Below, one piece after another: positions 43,850 to 55,899 of a DNA stretch of 64,000 nt. The stretch lies in contig NC_042997.1 of assembly GCF_006345805.1 (NCBI RefSeq), forward strand, positions 682,001 to 746,000. Reading direction: 5' to 3'. Within the stretch, counting starts at the first letter, position 1; every line of letters starts with the position of its first letter. The translations under genes and the position numbers were made by a program. The DNA comes from Octopus sinensis. Lineage: Eukaryota. The notes beneath the pieces are model-generated. The model worked only from the letters and a program-made list of their open reading frames with translations. It was not told the origin of the DNA and searched no databases.

Positions 43850-45050
43850 CAGTAAAGTTTCTGTAATGCTATGTTCGCAGGTGAAAGCAGCATTACCTGC
43901 CTCCATATCAGCACAGCTTTCGATTTCTTCAAGCAGGTAAATTTTTATGGAAGATGTCCCACTTTGATTCACCCTGGTCTCCATCTGTCTTTGGATGATA
44001 CTGTCAGAATGCACTAGGGTCTTGTTCACCCAATTCTCTTCACACAGACCTTGTTGATAATGTAGTACATTATTATACCGTATTCTCTGTGTGGCGTCCG
44101 GTGTTTTTCCGGTATATTCTTACCTATTCTTCTTTGTTATCGTTTATCTATAACTAAATCAAGGCAGCACTGTCTTTTGTCTTAGTTAGAAGGAATTATT
44201 GATTTACTGTACATTTTATCTATTACGGTTGTATAAGATATGAAATGTCACTCTTTCACTACTGAATTGTTTTACTTGCTGGATCTGTGGGAAGAAGCTC
44301 AGATCATAATTTCAGCCGGCTCTCCTTGATTTATGTGACTGAGGTCAAATTGTCAGTCAATACTTGAAGGAAAGACATGGGTTGGGAGTCTAGAAAGCTA
44401 ACGTTAGGACATAGGGACCATGCTAGTCTCTGTGAGATTTGAACATACTATGATTGGGAGAATGAAAACGCAAGTGCATGGGAAATGCATGGGTGGAGTG
44501 AGATTGAAATAATTATAGAAGCGATAGAAAGCGTCTACGGGCTTGAACCTGGTGAGTACTTATGAGTGACTTTATGACAATATGTCTAATGATTCTGTTT
44601 CAGATACAGTCGAGAATATCAATGTGAAACCGCTGTATCCTGCCAGGTATGATAGCTACAAGTACAGCCCACCCTGGGTCTGAGTCGAACGTTGTTTAGT
44701 GCCAATAATTGTTTGGGGCTGAAAACTCTTATAGTATTCAAATGAAGAGCTAATGTTAATAAGGCAGCCATAGCTGTATTAAATATTACTTCCACCAGGA
44801 GTGCTAGCAGCAAACACACAGTTGGAGCAATTGTGAAGAATCTAGTGGAGCATTATCCACGATTAATAATTATGTGATGCGATGTTCTCCTGTTCTTGAA
44901 AGGAATATTTTTTGCTGTATAATCACTGCCGGATGTTTTCTGCATCTCTCTAAACGTAGGCCGTTTGGCTTCGTATATGATGTCGAGTAACGCGTAGATA
45001 TAGCAGGCTTAGGAAATGTTAGTGAAGTGTGGAGCAATAACATGTCTAGA
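43850..45050 (+). mobile_element. highly decayed LINE RT relic (L2/RTE-like, clade uncertain)
   Basis: Weak motif traces in order: QHSFR, CLHISTAFD, CGV, VPIIV-FGAE. Confidence 0.3.
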
Positions 45051-48000
45051 CATGGCAGCAATTAAGTTGCTAGTGTATAGAATGAGGTGCGTGTAAGCTG
45101 ATCGAGTAAAGTAAAATCACCCCTACCCAAATACTAATAAAAAGTGGCTAATGAAAATATATAATGCACGCCCACAATGCAATTATATCTATATTTATCT
45201 GACAGCAGCAAATTCAATAGGTCAGTATGTATACATAGAGAATCTGTTAGCAATATTCTACCAATCTGAGAGGTTGGTACATGAATGTATACTTTATTAT
45301 TTTATTCTGTTATATGTTTCAGCCTTGAGGCTGCGGCCATGCTAGGCATAAGTACAATCGTCACTAAAGTGACTAGGTGCATGTCAGCATCAACATTGCT
45401 AGAAATAAGAGTCAAAACAACACTTAGCTAAAGGTAATGCATGAGTTCATTGACTGACAAAGGGGACAACCACACTACAGCAAGCGAGAGTGTCAGATCA
45501 TCGATGATTTCGGATTGAACTAATCTTCATTACTCCGTTACTTAGGGTAAAATTGAACTCCCCCTGTCAGTTTATAGGAAATAACATGGGAATCAGTAGC
45601 TGATACTGTAAAATGTTAAAGTGAAAATTTGTGGACTGTGCCACTATATCAGAATGTACAGTCATGTCACGCACACTATTTTACTGATTCTGTTTGAATA
45701 TTACCTGACGGGTAGAGGTGTTTTATGGAATAGACTGCCACGTACGTATTAATTTAGGAGCAAATAATTCTGGTGACCGCGCAACTGTATACTCCTCGTC
45801 AGATGATATAGATCCACAGGCAGTGCACCCACCAAACACATGTGAAACTGGTCTTTCAGAAATGGTTAACTGTATGGATAATGAAACCCATGGTCTGAAG
45901 ACACATTTATAAATGTTCTTCTTTACCCCATCTGCCTGCGAGCAATTTAGTCAAATTCTTGCTAAGTTTGAGTTTTTGAAGTTTCTTGAGATGCCATAAC
46001 ATGGGGGCGGTAGAAGATTATTGCCAGCCTTGTTAGGGTGTTGGATTTTTCAGCTTGCAAACCTGACTCAAAAACTACACCTAGCCTTCTAAATGCAACA
46101 TGGTAGTTATATTTATGTTCATCAAATATTTTATGTAATTCTAATCATTGATATTCCGCAGAAACCTTACACATTGCCAACTATATAATTACAAAAGAGA
46201 AAAAGAACATCAAAACTTGTCTCTATCTGCGTTAATTTTAATTTTAGCAACTTATATGTATCTATGTAAACGTATGAGCGTCTTTATGTATTTGTGTGTG
46301 TGTGTGTGTATGCTTGTGTGTGTGTGTAGTGCAAGTGTGTGTATATATGTATATGAATTAGTCACAGTTGTGAATTTACATTGCTGTATCACGTTTGATG
46401 TAGAATTTTTTTACTTCCCTTCTTTTAATAAGTGACGATGTACGCATTTCAGTTTCTATGCAATGTGCATTTCAATGCACTTTTAGTTTGAATAGGTGGA
46501 CATGAAGAGAGACTTTAGTAGCAATAAGAGATAAATAACAGATAAAAGATGGAAATCGTTTCCAAGATCAAAGTTCTTCAGCTCGTGCTTCAATATCAAA
46601 GGAAATAAAAAAGTTTTTCTTTGAAATTTACTCTTAAAAAAGATTCTCTAAAAATTTACTCCATTCGGAAATAGATGCTCAGGATAAATCACAAGACATC
46701 AGAAATATAAACCATGAAAACAACAGCAGTTTCTTTACTGGTTAAATATTAATAAAAAAACAGTACTTATTTTAAACTGTAATCGATTGACATATAGTTG
46801 CCCTTGCCATCTGACAAATCAAAGTTAAGCATTCATTAATTATATTCCTTCACTACTAACCGACTATACTGAAATTTATAAAGCAAAAGAAAAAAAAAAG
46901 AAAAAGCTATTTCTATTTTAAAACCATAGAAAAGTATGAAGAGTTATTTGACTTAAGGACATTTGTATCGTCAAACTGTAGCCACCAATCAAAATGTGAT
47001 CAAACCATTTTCAGGTGTCATTGAATATTTTTAGAATATAATTTGCTTCGTTCATAAAATACTTTGAAAGACAAAATAAATATTGAAGACGATACAATAA
47101 TCCTACTTGTCTCGTTCTAGCCGAGAGTATCAAGATAATAAGCAATATCTCTCATATGAAATAACACATAAGAGATTTACGTCATTGATAAAAAAATAAC
47201 AAGAACATTGGATGAGATTTAATCTCATCTGACAATACAATTCTCTTAATTAATAAGGTCTCACACGATATCTATTGTAATTTTTCGTTGGATAAAAATA
47301 CTTAAACATATCATATATAAAAAATATTTTGAACTAATTCAATATGTCTTTTCTATATCATATTCAAGTAAATATATATGTCTTCTGTGGGTAAAGAAAA
47401 CAATCACTATCTACTTTTAAGTGGTCGCTTGACCTAATCGAAAAACAAATACAATTTTTGTCTTGAACGTGGGAACGGTTCAGAGAATAAGGTGTTCCTA
47501 GATACCTCTAAAAGGAAAAGATGAACCTTGTTGGAATAGCTTTCATCAGCTTGGTTCTAAACAATAGCCTGGCTTACCCATCTCCACAGTCACATACATA
47601 TCATGGATCAAAACACATGTGAATTTAATATGAAAAACCTAAATATTTTTGTAATTGTTAGAGCAATTATTATCGTGAAAGCAACAAGAAGAACATTTTC
47701 AAGACGGGACCATCATTATCATATACACCAAACATATTTAAATCAGTATTATTTAATGTCCTGGAGTTTGTTTCATTTCACAAATATACGAGTTATTTTG
47801 TTTGATACGTGCAAAATTTAACTATTGTTTAGAGGACTGTTTTAATGATTTGTTGTTTCCTGTCCGTGAAGTGTTAACTCATGCCAATAATATAATATAC
47901 AAATTAAGATAAATTCCTGACAGACCTTTTTGGGTAATTGAAGACCCATTAGGAAGGTTGGCTACACAAGTCTAGACACATTCTTGCAAGAAGATAAATT

Positions 48001-48996
48001 GCAGTCTATAAAAATAAGAAGCGTTTTATGATTTATATACTTTTATGATATTTATAAACTTTTTTTCATTTCTCTTACATTTTGATCTTAGCTTCTATTT
48101 ATTCAATTCTATTAATGTTTTTGATCAATGTAATAGCTGTAAAATAATAAAATACATCAACAAATAGAAATGTTGCTTTCAATTCTAATGAAGTCTATTC
48201 TATTAAAGAAAGGAAAAACATTGAATATTAAAATATGATTTTTTTTTGTAAAAAAGTAGTCAGTTTTTATTTTATTACATTATTCATATACTAAATGATT
48301 AAAGTTTTCCTCTCATAATAGTAATAAGTCGTATTTATTTTTTAAAGTCGACCATTTAAGCATTACGTCGTTCAATTTTACACTAGAGTTATTATGTAGG
48401 ACGTTATTTGCTATTATTGTGTCGATACAGAGTGTAATGATAATCGTGACCATGGTGATTATGGAGAGTATTACGAAATAGATGAAAAATGTAAATGGTG
48501 AAAAATCAGTCATCTGATTGGAAAGCAGTATTACAATATTAGTGAAACGTGTAAATGTTTGGAGTTGATGTAATATTTTTTTCTGAATATTAAAAGTTGA
48601 CAGAAATTTCATAAATGATTCACTGCATCTATTTTCTGGGACATTATATTTGTTATATATTTCCGTTTATCGATTACTTAGTAATGGGGAGTAGAAAGGA
48701 AAATATAATCAAACTGTGGTTAATATTGATACATGGTAACTGAAACTATACTACACTGCAGAGAACCAACATAAGAATTATATGGGTGTTGATTGTATCT
48801 GTATATGCAGGAAGATGAAAATATTACAATTGTTAAGTATGTTTTAGAAAGATCGAATGTAAATTGACATTACTATATCAAAGGGCAATTTCGAAAGAGA
48901 CAAGGTTTCCAAATATGCGATGTTGGATATAATTGGATAGATAGTTAAAACAATTGCATACCGTCACTAGTGTAGTGTTAATAACGGTTGATAGGT

Positions 48997-49321
48997 ATTG
49001 TTGTCCCACTAAGATAATCTATAATTAACCGAAAGAAGCCGGGAACTAATGATATCACAGCATTTCATACAATCTCATTACACACCCTGAAATACCCATC
49101 AGTTTTTTCCAAAGCTTTTGATCTCTTCCTCAAACATCATCAGATTTCAAGCTGCCTTCTGTACTCAAAGAACTTAATATTTTATTCTCTCCTTAATTTG
49201 TACCAACTTAAGGAAAACACCTATGTATGTCTTATCTAAAATAAGCCCTAATCTTTGAAATTGCATTTCTTATACATATTACCACAATGTTGTATATAGA
49301 TTATCTTAGTGGGACAACAAT
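48997..49321. repeat. perfect 27-bp inverted repeat with a 271-bp spacer
   Basis: ATTGTTGTCCCACTAAGATAATCTATA (48997-49023) and its exact reverse complement (49295-49321). Confidence 0.9.
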
Positions 49322-50636
49322 GAGCTTAAATGAATGGAAACAGTCGAACATCAGCACTTATATTAAATATTTAAATCTTCCTACTCAGTAAATGTTAATA
49401 AGATTCTTTAAAATTTTGTAGCCAGACCCAATACATGCAGTGTGTTTAAGGCCTTACGTATTTCTCTCAATGAATATATTTGCTAAAACTCTTCTTGTCT
49501 TTACAATCTTGACATTTCAAGCAAAAATATTCATCAGTGGGATAAAGACAAATCTGTCTACACACTGTCAGAATTGTACTCTATAACGTAGACCTTCTAT
49601 TCTGGCTTTGAAAATGCTTCCGCTATAAACAGTTTAACGCATATTTATGAATTAGATATCTGTTGAAGTTCAATATTTTCACATGCATGTACATTTGACT
49701 ACTTCTAAATACGTATCAAAATCACTACAGCTAACAAACCAAAGTTACTACATTTACTCTCAGTCACTTCTACAGGGGTACAAGCTTTTCTATAAACTAG
49801 CAAATCATAGATCAAGATTGCTCAAGCAAACTAGGGCCACCACAATTCGCCCGATCTGTGCTCTTGTTTTCAACACTCCAAATGTAAACATTTTCGGACT
49901 TGTACTGCAAGCTTCTGATACTCAATTCCAATTTCACATTCCATACATATATCCATTAACATATTCCTCGTAAACCACAGCCAATAAATGTTTAACACAT
50001 CAAGAAATAGGTATTAAAACTATCAAGCGTATCAGAACTCAGCATAGAGTAAACGCTTGCAATCTATTTTGCAATGGATATTTACGAAAGAAATATTCGT
50101 TCAATTCGATTTAAGAAAATTTCTAATTTTATAATTTTGATTTATCTTAGTGTGATGCAAATAAAAACAATATTTTTGGAAGGGTTAGGTTTTACATAGT
50201 TTCTTAACTGCGTAACAGTCTACTTAAGTAAAAAAAATCGATATAAGGTAATTTTCATTTGCCGCATTTTAAATTGTATCGGGAGAACCAGTTATAAACA
50301 TGCCACAATTTTATGGTTTTCTTGGACTATATTTTATAATTTCTATATTTTCCATCTTTAAGAAAGGATATTATTTAATTCGATTTCGGCACTGCTATTT
50401 CTTTCAAATAAGTATCCCTTTGGATAGTCGAATAGGTGTAAATAAATATGAGTAGACATCTTCAGAAACACAACAAAGGAGAAAAATAACAACAATGTAA
50501 AATAACACGATTAAAAACTGAAAATCCAGTAAAGTTTACTTAAGTAATAAATTCAGCTTTTCAATTACTGAACGTGTGTTTCTTTGTGACAAATATGATA
50601 TGTGCTCTTAAATGTAAACAATACATCTTCAACGAC

Positions 50637-50742
<106 letters not shown>

Positions 50743-50899
50743 GGAACTTGATACTAAATCAGCTGCTCATTCGTAAATCTAGTAGCTTGATTCATTTCAA
50801 CAGAATCCCCACAGGCAAAGCTAATATTAAACTCGAATGATCAATGTTAACAACGTGCTTTAACTTCAAATTTTAGATACAGTGAATGACCCAAATATC

Positions 50900-51110
50900 G
50901 GTTTCAAATGTTGGCACAAGGCCAGCTATTTCGGGAGAAGGAATAAGTCGATTACATCAACCTCAATGCTCAATCGGTATTATTTTCTCGACTCTGAAAG
51001 GATGAAAGGCAAATTCAACCCCGACGGAATTTGAACTCAGATGTTAAAGATGGAGGAAATGCCGTGAAACATTTCGCCCGGCATGCTAATAATTCTGACA
51101 GGTCACCGCT
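50900..51110 (-). mobile_element. SINE family 1 copy
   Basis: GTCGATTACATC.., GGAATTTGAACTCAG in reverse orientation. Confidence 0.75.
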
Positions 51111-52060
51111 TCGAATAACTCAAATATTGAGATATTGAAACGCAATAATGTTTTACTAAAGATTTTACTTAATAAAATATTGAAAATAACTGTTGGTTTT
51201 CATGTGCTTCTATTTGTAAAACTTTGAATGTGTGCGTTATGTTAAGGTGTCTAATTTTATCCCTATAAGTTATAAAAAAATCACCTTCGCATGTTTTAGT
51301 TTTCTCTAAGGCAAATGTATGAATTATGCAAAAAAAAAATCCCATGACATTAAAACCTTAAATCTGATATGTCTTGCAAAAGCAGTAACAACATTATGTA
51401 CGGACGAAAAAAGCAGCAAAATAATAAATGAGCTCAAGAAAGCCATTAAATTTTACATTAAGTGGATTATTATAACGTTCGGTTTGGCCTAAAAAGCAAT
51501 TTATAGTTTAATAAAGATTTACTTTTTCGTTAATATATATTCCTCTTAAGTTACATTTTTCCTGACGTATTCTAATCTATGAACGTAGTGCAACTATTTC
51601 CCCATAATAAAACATGAGTAAGCTCTTTCAGAGATTTATTTCTGTGGAAATTTTATTCGATATGAAACTATTATTTCCTTATATCCTCAGGACATTAAAA
51701 TATGATAATCAATTTAATACGTGCTTCTCAGAACAACAATAGCACCAGACAACTATGAAATACTGTCGATATAAAAGTATTGCGAAAAGAGACTTCTGTT
51801 ACTAGTTGAAATTTATTGACGAAATTCCAGGAATTGATATTTAAAATATATGACAGACTATATTGTTTCTTGAAGGAGCATGGAAAATAACACAATGCAA
51901 TTCCTACTTAAATATGACGCCACGATCAGATTTATTGTACACTGCATGGCATATAATCTAAGATATAAAATTAAATCAAACTTAATTGTCTTAAATTTAC
52001 TATTGCATCGATCGTTTTTGCAAATATGCATATGTGTGTGTGTGTGTGCGTGTGTCTATA

Positions 52061-52161
<101 letters not shown>

Positions 52162-52532
52162 ATCTATTTTATCAAGTGCACGAATGTATAATTATGTAAA
52201 CGCATGTGACTCTCGAAACTCGAGCATGTGTGTTTGTATATATCTAAGTGTGCTAATCTCTGAAAATCTGAAGTCGTATTGCATATGAGTGGGAATTTTA
52301 AATGAAAGATAAAGAATAGGTTAAGCTTTCGAATCTTATAATGGAACATAAGCCAATATATTTTATTATGAAGTAGCCATTTATTTAATTTATTTAAAAT
52401 CATTCAAAATCCATATCATCTTTTATGTAGACAAACGTATACAGAATTATTTCGACTGTTAATCTGACGCCCGTATGTCATTTAACAATCTTACCTTGTT
52501 ACTGAAAAAAGCTAAGTAAATTACAACAATGA

Positions 52533-52903
52533 TACTCTTTTACTTGTTTCAGTCATTTGACTGTGGCCATGCTGGAGCACCGCGTTTCGTCGAGAAAATC
52601 GACCCCAGGACTTATTCGTTGTAAACCTAGTACTTATTCTATTGCTCTCTTTTGCCGAACCTAGGCTACGGGGACGTAAACACAACAGCATCGGTTGTTA
52701 AGCGATGTTGGGGGGGGGACACAGACACACAAACATATACACACACATACATATATCTACATATATACGACGGGCTTCTCTTAGTTTCCGTCTACCAAAT
52801 CCACTCACAGGCCTTGGTCACCCAAGGTGCCACGCAGTGGGAATGAACCGGGTACCATGTAGTTGTTAAACAATCTACTTACCGCACAACCACTCCTGCG
52901 CCT
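52533..52903 (-). mobile_element. SINE family 2 copy
   Basis: Minus-strand head AGGCGCAGGAGTGGTTGTGCGGTAAG, B-box-like GGTTCATTCCC, GTGAGTGGATTTGGTAGACGGAAACT. Confidence 0.75.
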
Positions 52904-52953
52904 GATGTTAAAGTATAAAATATATCTATACATCTATTATTATCTCTTTCAGT

Positions 52954-52991
<38 letters not shown>

Positions 52992-53509
52992 GCATATTTT
53001 CCCCCAAACACAAAACATAGAATTTGCTAGTTTTGACTGCGTTATCTGGTGGGCATAATACTATCGCTACAGGTTAAATTCAAAGATCTGTGTGAGGATC
53101 AAAAGCACCCCGTTTGCTCACGTCCATTGCACGCAATCATACATATTCCTTTTTAATTCTATTGTTGCTACACAATTCCTGTGACATACTGCATGGTGCA
53201 TCAATATGCATTGGTTTTTAATATAGCTTCCTTGTGTTCTATGTGAGAATATAGCTAGTGTGATATTTACGTGTATATCTCCTTTTAAATGTATGTCTTT
53301 GTGTTTGCGTGAGTGCGTATGTTGTGTGCGAGTGTTTATAGTTGCGTACGTTTCCCCTAACCTGACTAAAATTCCTACATCAACGTTCAATGCATTTCTT
53401 TCTTTTGCTGCTGCTGCAGTACCTTTAGAAGTTTTTTTCTCAGTGTATATAGGTTAGTTCCTGGACTAGTTAAAATTTGCATATATATACATATATATGT
53501 ATATATATA

Positions 53510-53554
<45 letters not shown>

Positions 53555-53978
53555 ATATATATACAATGCTTTGTATGTAGTCGTGTGGAGGTGCTCTCAT
53601 AATCATGTTATATGAGTCAAAATAGACTTCTAGCTATGTATATAAAGACATACTTAGCAAAGCAAATATACTAATACACGTACATACGGCAACACTTAGA
53701 GAATACATTGCAAAACACAACAATCATACAAGACAAAATATCAGAGCAACATTACAGAGGGACATACGACTAAGATTAGGAGAATCGCATGTCTGAAATC
53801 TTCACTATGACTAAACAAAACGTAAAAGTGAAAGCTAACTGAAGGCCTGCACAGAGTGAAATATGGAAAATTTTCCTTTTCTTCATCTATCTATCTATCT
53901 ATCTATCTCTATACACGCACAAACACACTATCATACACACTCAGACATACCCAGATATATATATGGCCGGATCGGAGC

Positions 53979-54961
53979 GATCTCAAGATTAATCAACCGA
54001 AATTGCTAGGATGATCCGGTTCTTGACTGAAGATTGAAGGCTTCGAATGTCCCGTCCGTGTTTTTTGTATCGTCTTCTAAATGTTTTACGTTCTTGTCCC
54101 AGTTTCTATTTTCTACATATAATATATATAGCGACGTCCGTACCCTCTTTGGCCTTATGTAAGTACATATTCCTTAAAATTTGGTACGACTCTATAACAC
54201 TGTCTCTCTCTCCTACATTTCTCTGCCTTTCACACTTTGCACTCTACTTTGATCCATCTCTTTCTCTCTCTCTCTCTCTCTACTTCTCCTCCTCCTTTTC
54301 TCTTTTCTTGCTTCTGATTCTTTTGTCTACTCTTCCCCCACTCTCTCACGTTTCTCTGTCTTTCTCACTTTGCACTCACTGATTCTGTTACCAAGCCAAT
54401 CCTTGGCACGCTCTCTTTCTTCTCTCCTCTTTAATTCATTCCTTCTCTCTCTTCTCCCCCCTTTTTTGCCTTCGTCCCTCTTTTTCTCTCTCTCTCATTG
54501 ATTCCTTTGCCCCCTTTTTTTCTCTCACTCTCTTCTCCTCTCACGTGACTGCTGGTCAACCAGCCTTTCGGCTTCTAACCAGCGCCATGAGAACATCATT
54601 GTCTGCGTCTCCCGAAAAAGGCATTTTTTTCCAAATACGCCAGCTAAACTAAGTTGTACTGTCTATTAGTCGTAAGACACCCGCTGTTTTTGTCCTGTTT
54701 TTACTTTATTGTTTTTTGTATTTTATATTCGTGTGGCATCGTCCGTTTTTCTGTCCCTGTTTCGTATACATTCGATCCTTTTTCCAAGAAATCTAATGCT
54801 CGTAGCTTAGATCTCAAGATTAATCAGCCGAAATTGCTAGGATGATCCGGTTCTTGACTGAAGATTGAAGGCTTCGAATGTCCCGTCCGTGTTTTTTGTA
54901 TCGTCTTCTAAATGTTTTACATTCTTGTCCCATTTTGTATTTTTCTACATATAATATATAT
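53979..54961. repeat. two ~152-bp direct repeats (53979-54130, 54810-54961) around a ~680-bp non-coding pyrimidine-rich core
   Basis: GATCTCAAGATTAATCA...TTCTACATATAATATATA occurs twice with only a few differences; period 831 bp. Confidence 0.9.
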
Positions 54962-55671
54962 ATATATATATTATATATATATATATGTATATGTATAAGG
55001 AAAATTAGACAAGGTAAAATAATAATTTTATCATGAGGAACATTTTAGTGGCGTATTCAGTCTTTTCGATATTTTCAACTTAAGGTGAAGCAATAAAAAC
55101 AATTGAATTGAAGAAAAATTAAATGAAATGTTTCGCTAAAATATTTCCATAGTCTGTCTCCCTCTTTTACTTTTGTTCAGACTCGATAGGTAGTTGCAGA
55201 TCTGAAGAAATAATTAATAAGGGTACAGATGAATGTTAGTCCTGGATTGTGATTGTTTAAGCAGCAGCAGCAGCAGCCGAGGGAGGAGACGGCGAAGAAA
55301 AAGAAGAAATAGAAGGAGTCGGAAAAGAAGAGAAAGAAAAGTACAATTCAAATCACTACTTCTACAACCGCAAAAGGTCAATTTTAGGTCACTTGACCGT
55401 TGAAGAAAAGTCTACTACTGTCATACCACTCTCGTTTTTTCATACACAACCCCCTAAAAAACAAATTAGATTAAACAAGGAAACATTCTTCATTGGAACA
55501 TATAATCCTACACTTAACCATTCGTAAAATGTTTAAACAAGGAAACTCATCTCATTGAAAAGAATATAAAGCGATTATCTCCCTTATACCGGAAGAAATC
55601 CCTGATTACCTTCCCCTGCCTGGAACTTCACTTCATAGCGAAGACATGACACGATGTAGGTAAAGAAATTT

Positions 55672-55710
55672 GAGAAATTTGAAAAGAAAATACGAAACCG
55701 GTTAATTCTC
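55672..55710 (+). ncRNA. minimal hammerhead-like motif with a U3:A8 core (degenerate)
   Basis: GAGAAAT-TTGAAAA-G-AAAATA-C-GAAA-CCGG-TT-AATTCTC. Stem I GAGAA/TTCTC, palindromic stem III ACCGGT, stem II reduced to 1 bp. Lies just 3' of the upstream pLTR. Confidence 0.5.
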
Positions 55711-55899
55711 CAAAAACTATCTTCCTATACACAAAATTTTATAACATTTTTCAAACATAACGACTTACGGCTTGAATATATTCTTTAACCTTATAACACA
55801 AGTCTTCTGTAGTTTTTCATTCATTTTTAATTTTTTATACATCCAACCACGTGCTTCCACACACCAACTGTCTCACCTATACATAAAACACGTGAGACC

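Noticed and set aside
44830-44900. ILIVDNAP-like pogo DDE motif on the minus strand
   Set aside because: The downstream pogo motifs are absent, and the region fits a plus-strand LINE relic at least as well.
47521-47622. Signal-peptide-like short ORF MNLVGIAFISLVLNNSLAYP
   Set aside because: Only 33 codons, no convincing donor site and no homology evidence.
48400-48570. Plus-strand Cys-rich peptide DVICYYCVDTEC (Ly6-like pattern; in-frame TGA)
   Set aside because: It is flanked by in-frame stops and is the expected antisense of the hydrophobic minus-strand frame. I saw no evidence for selenocysteine recoding.
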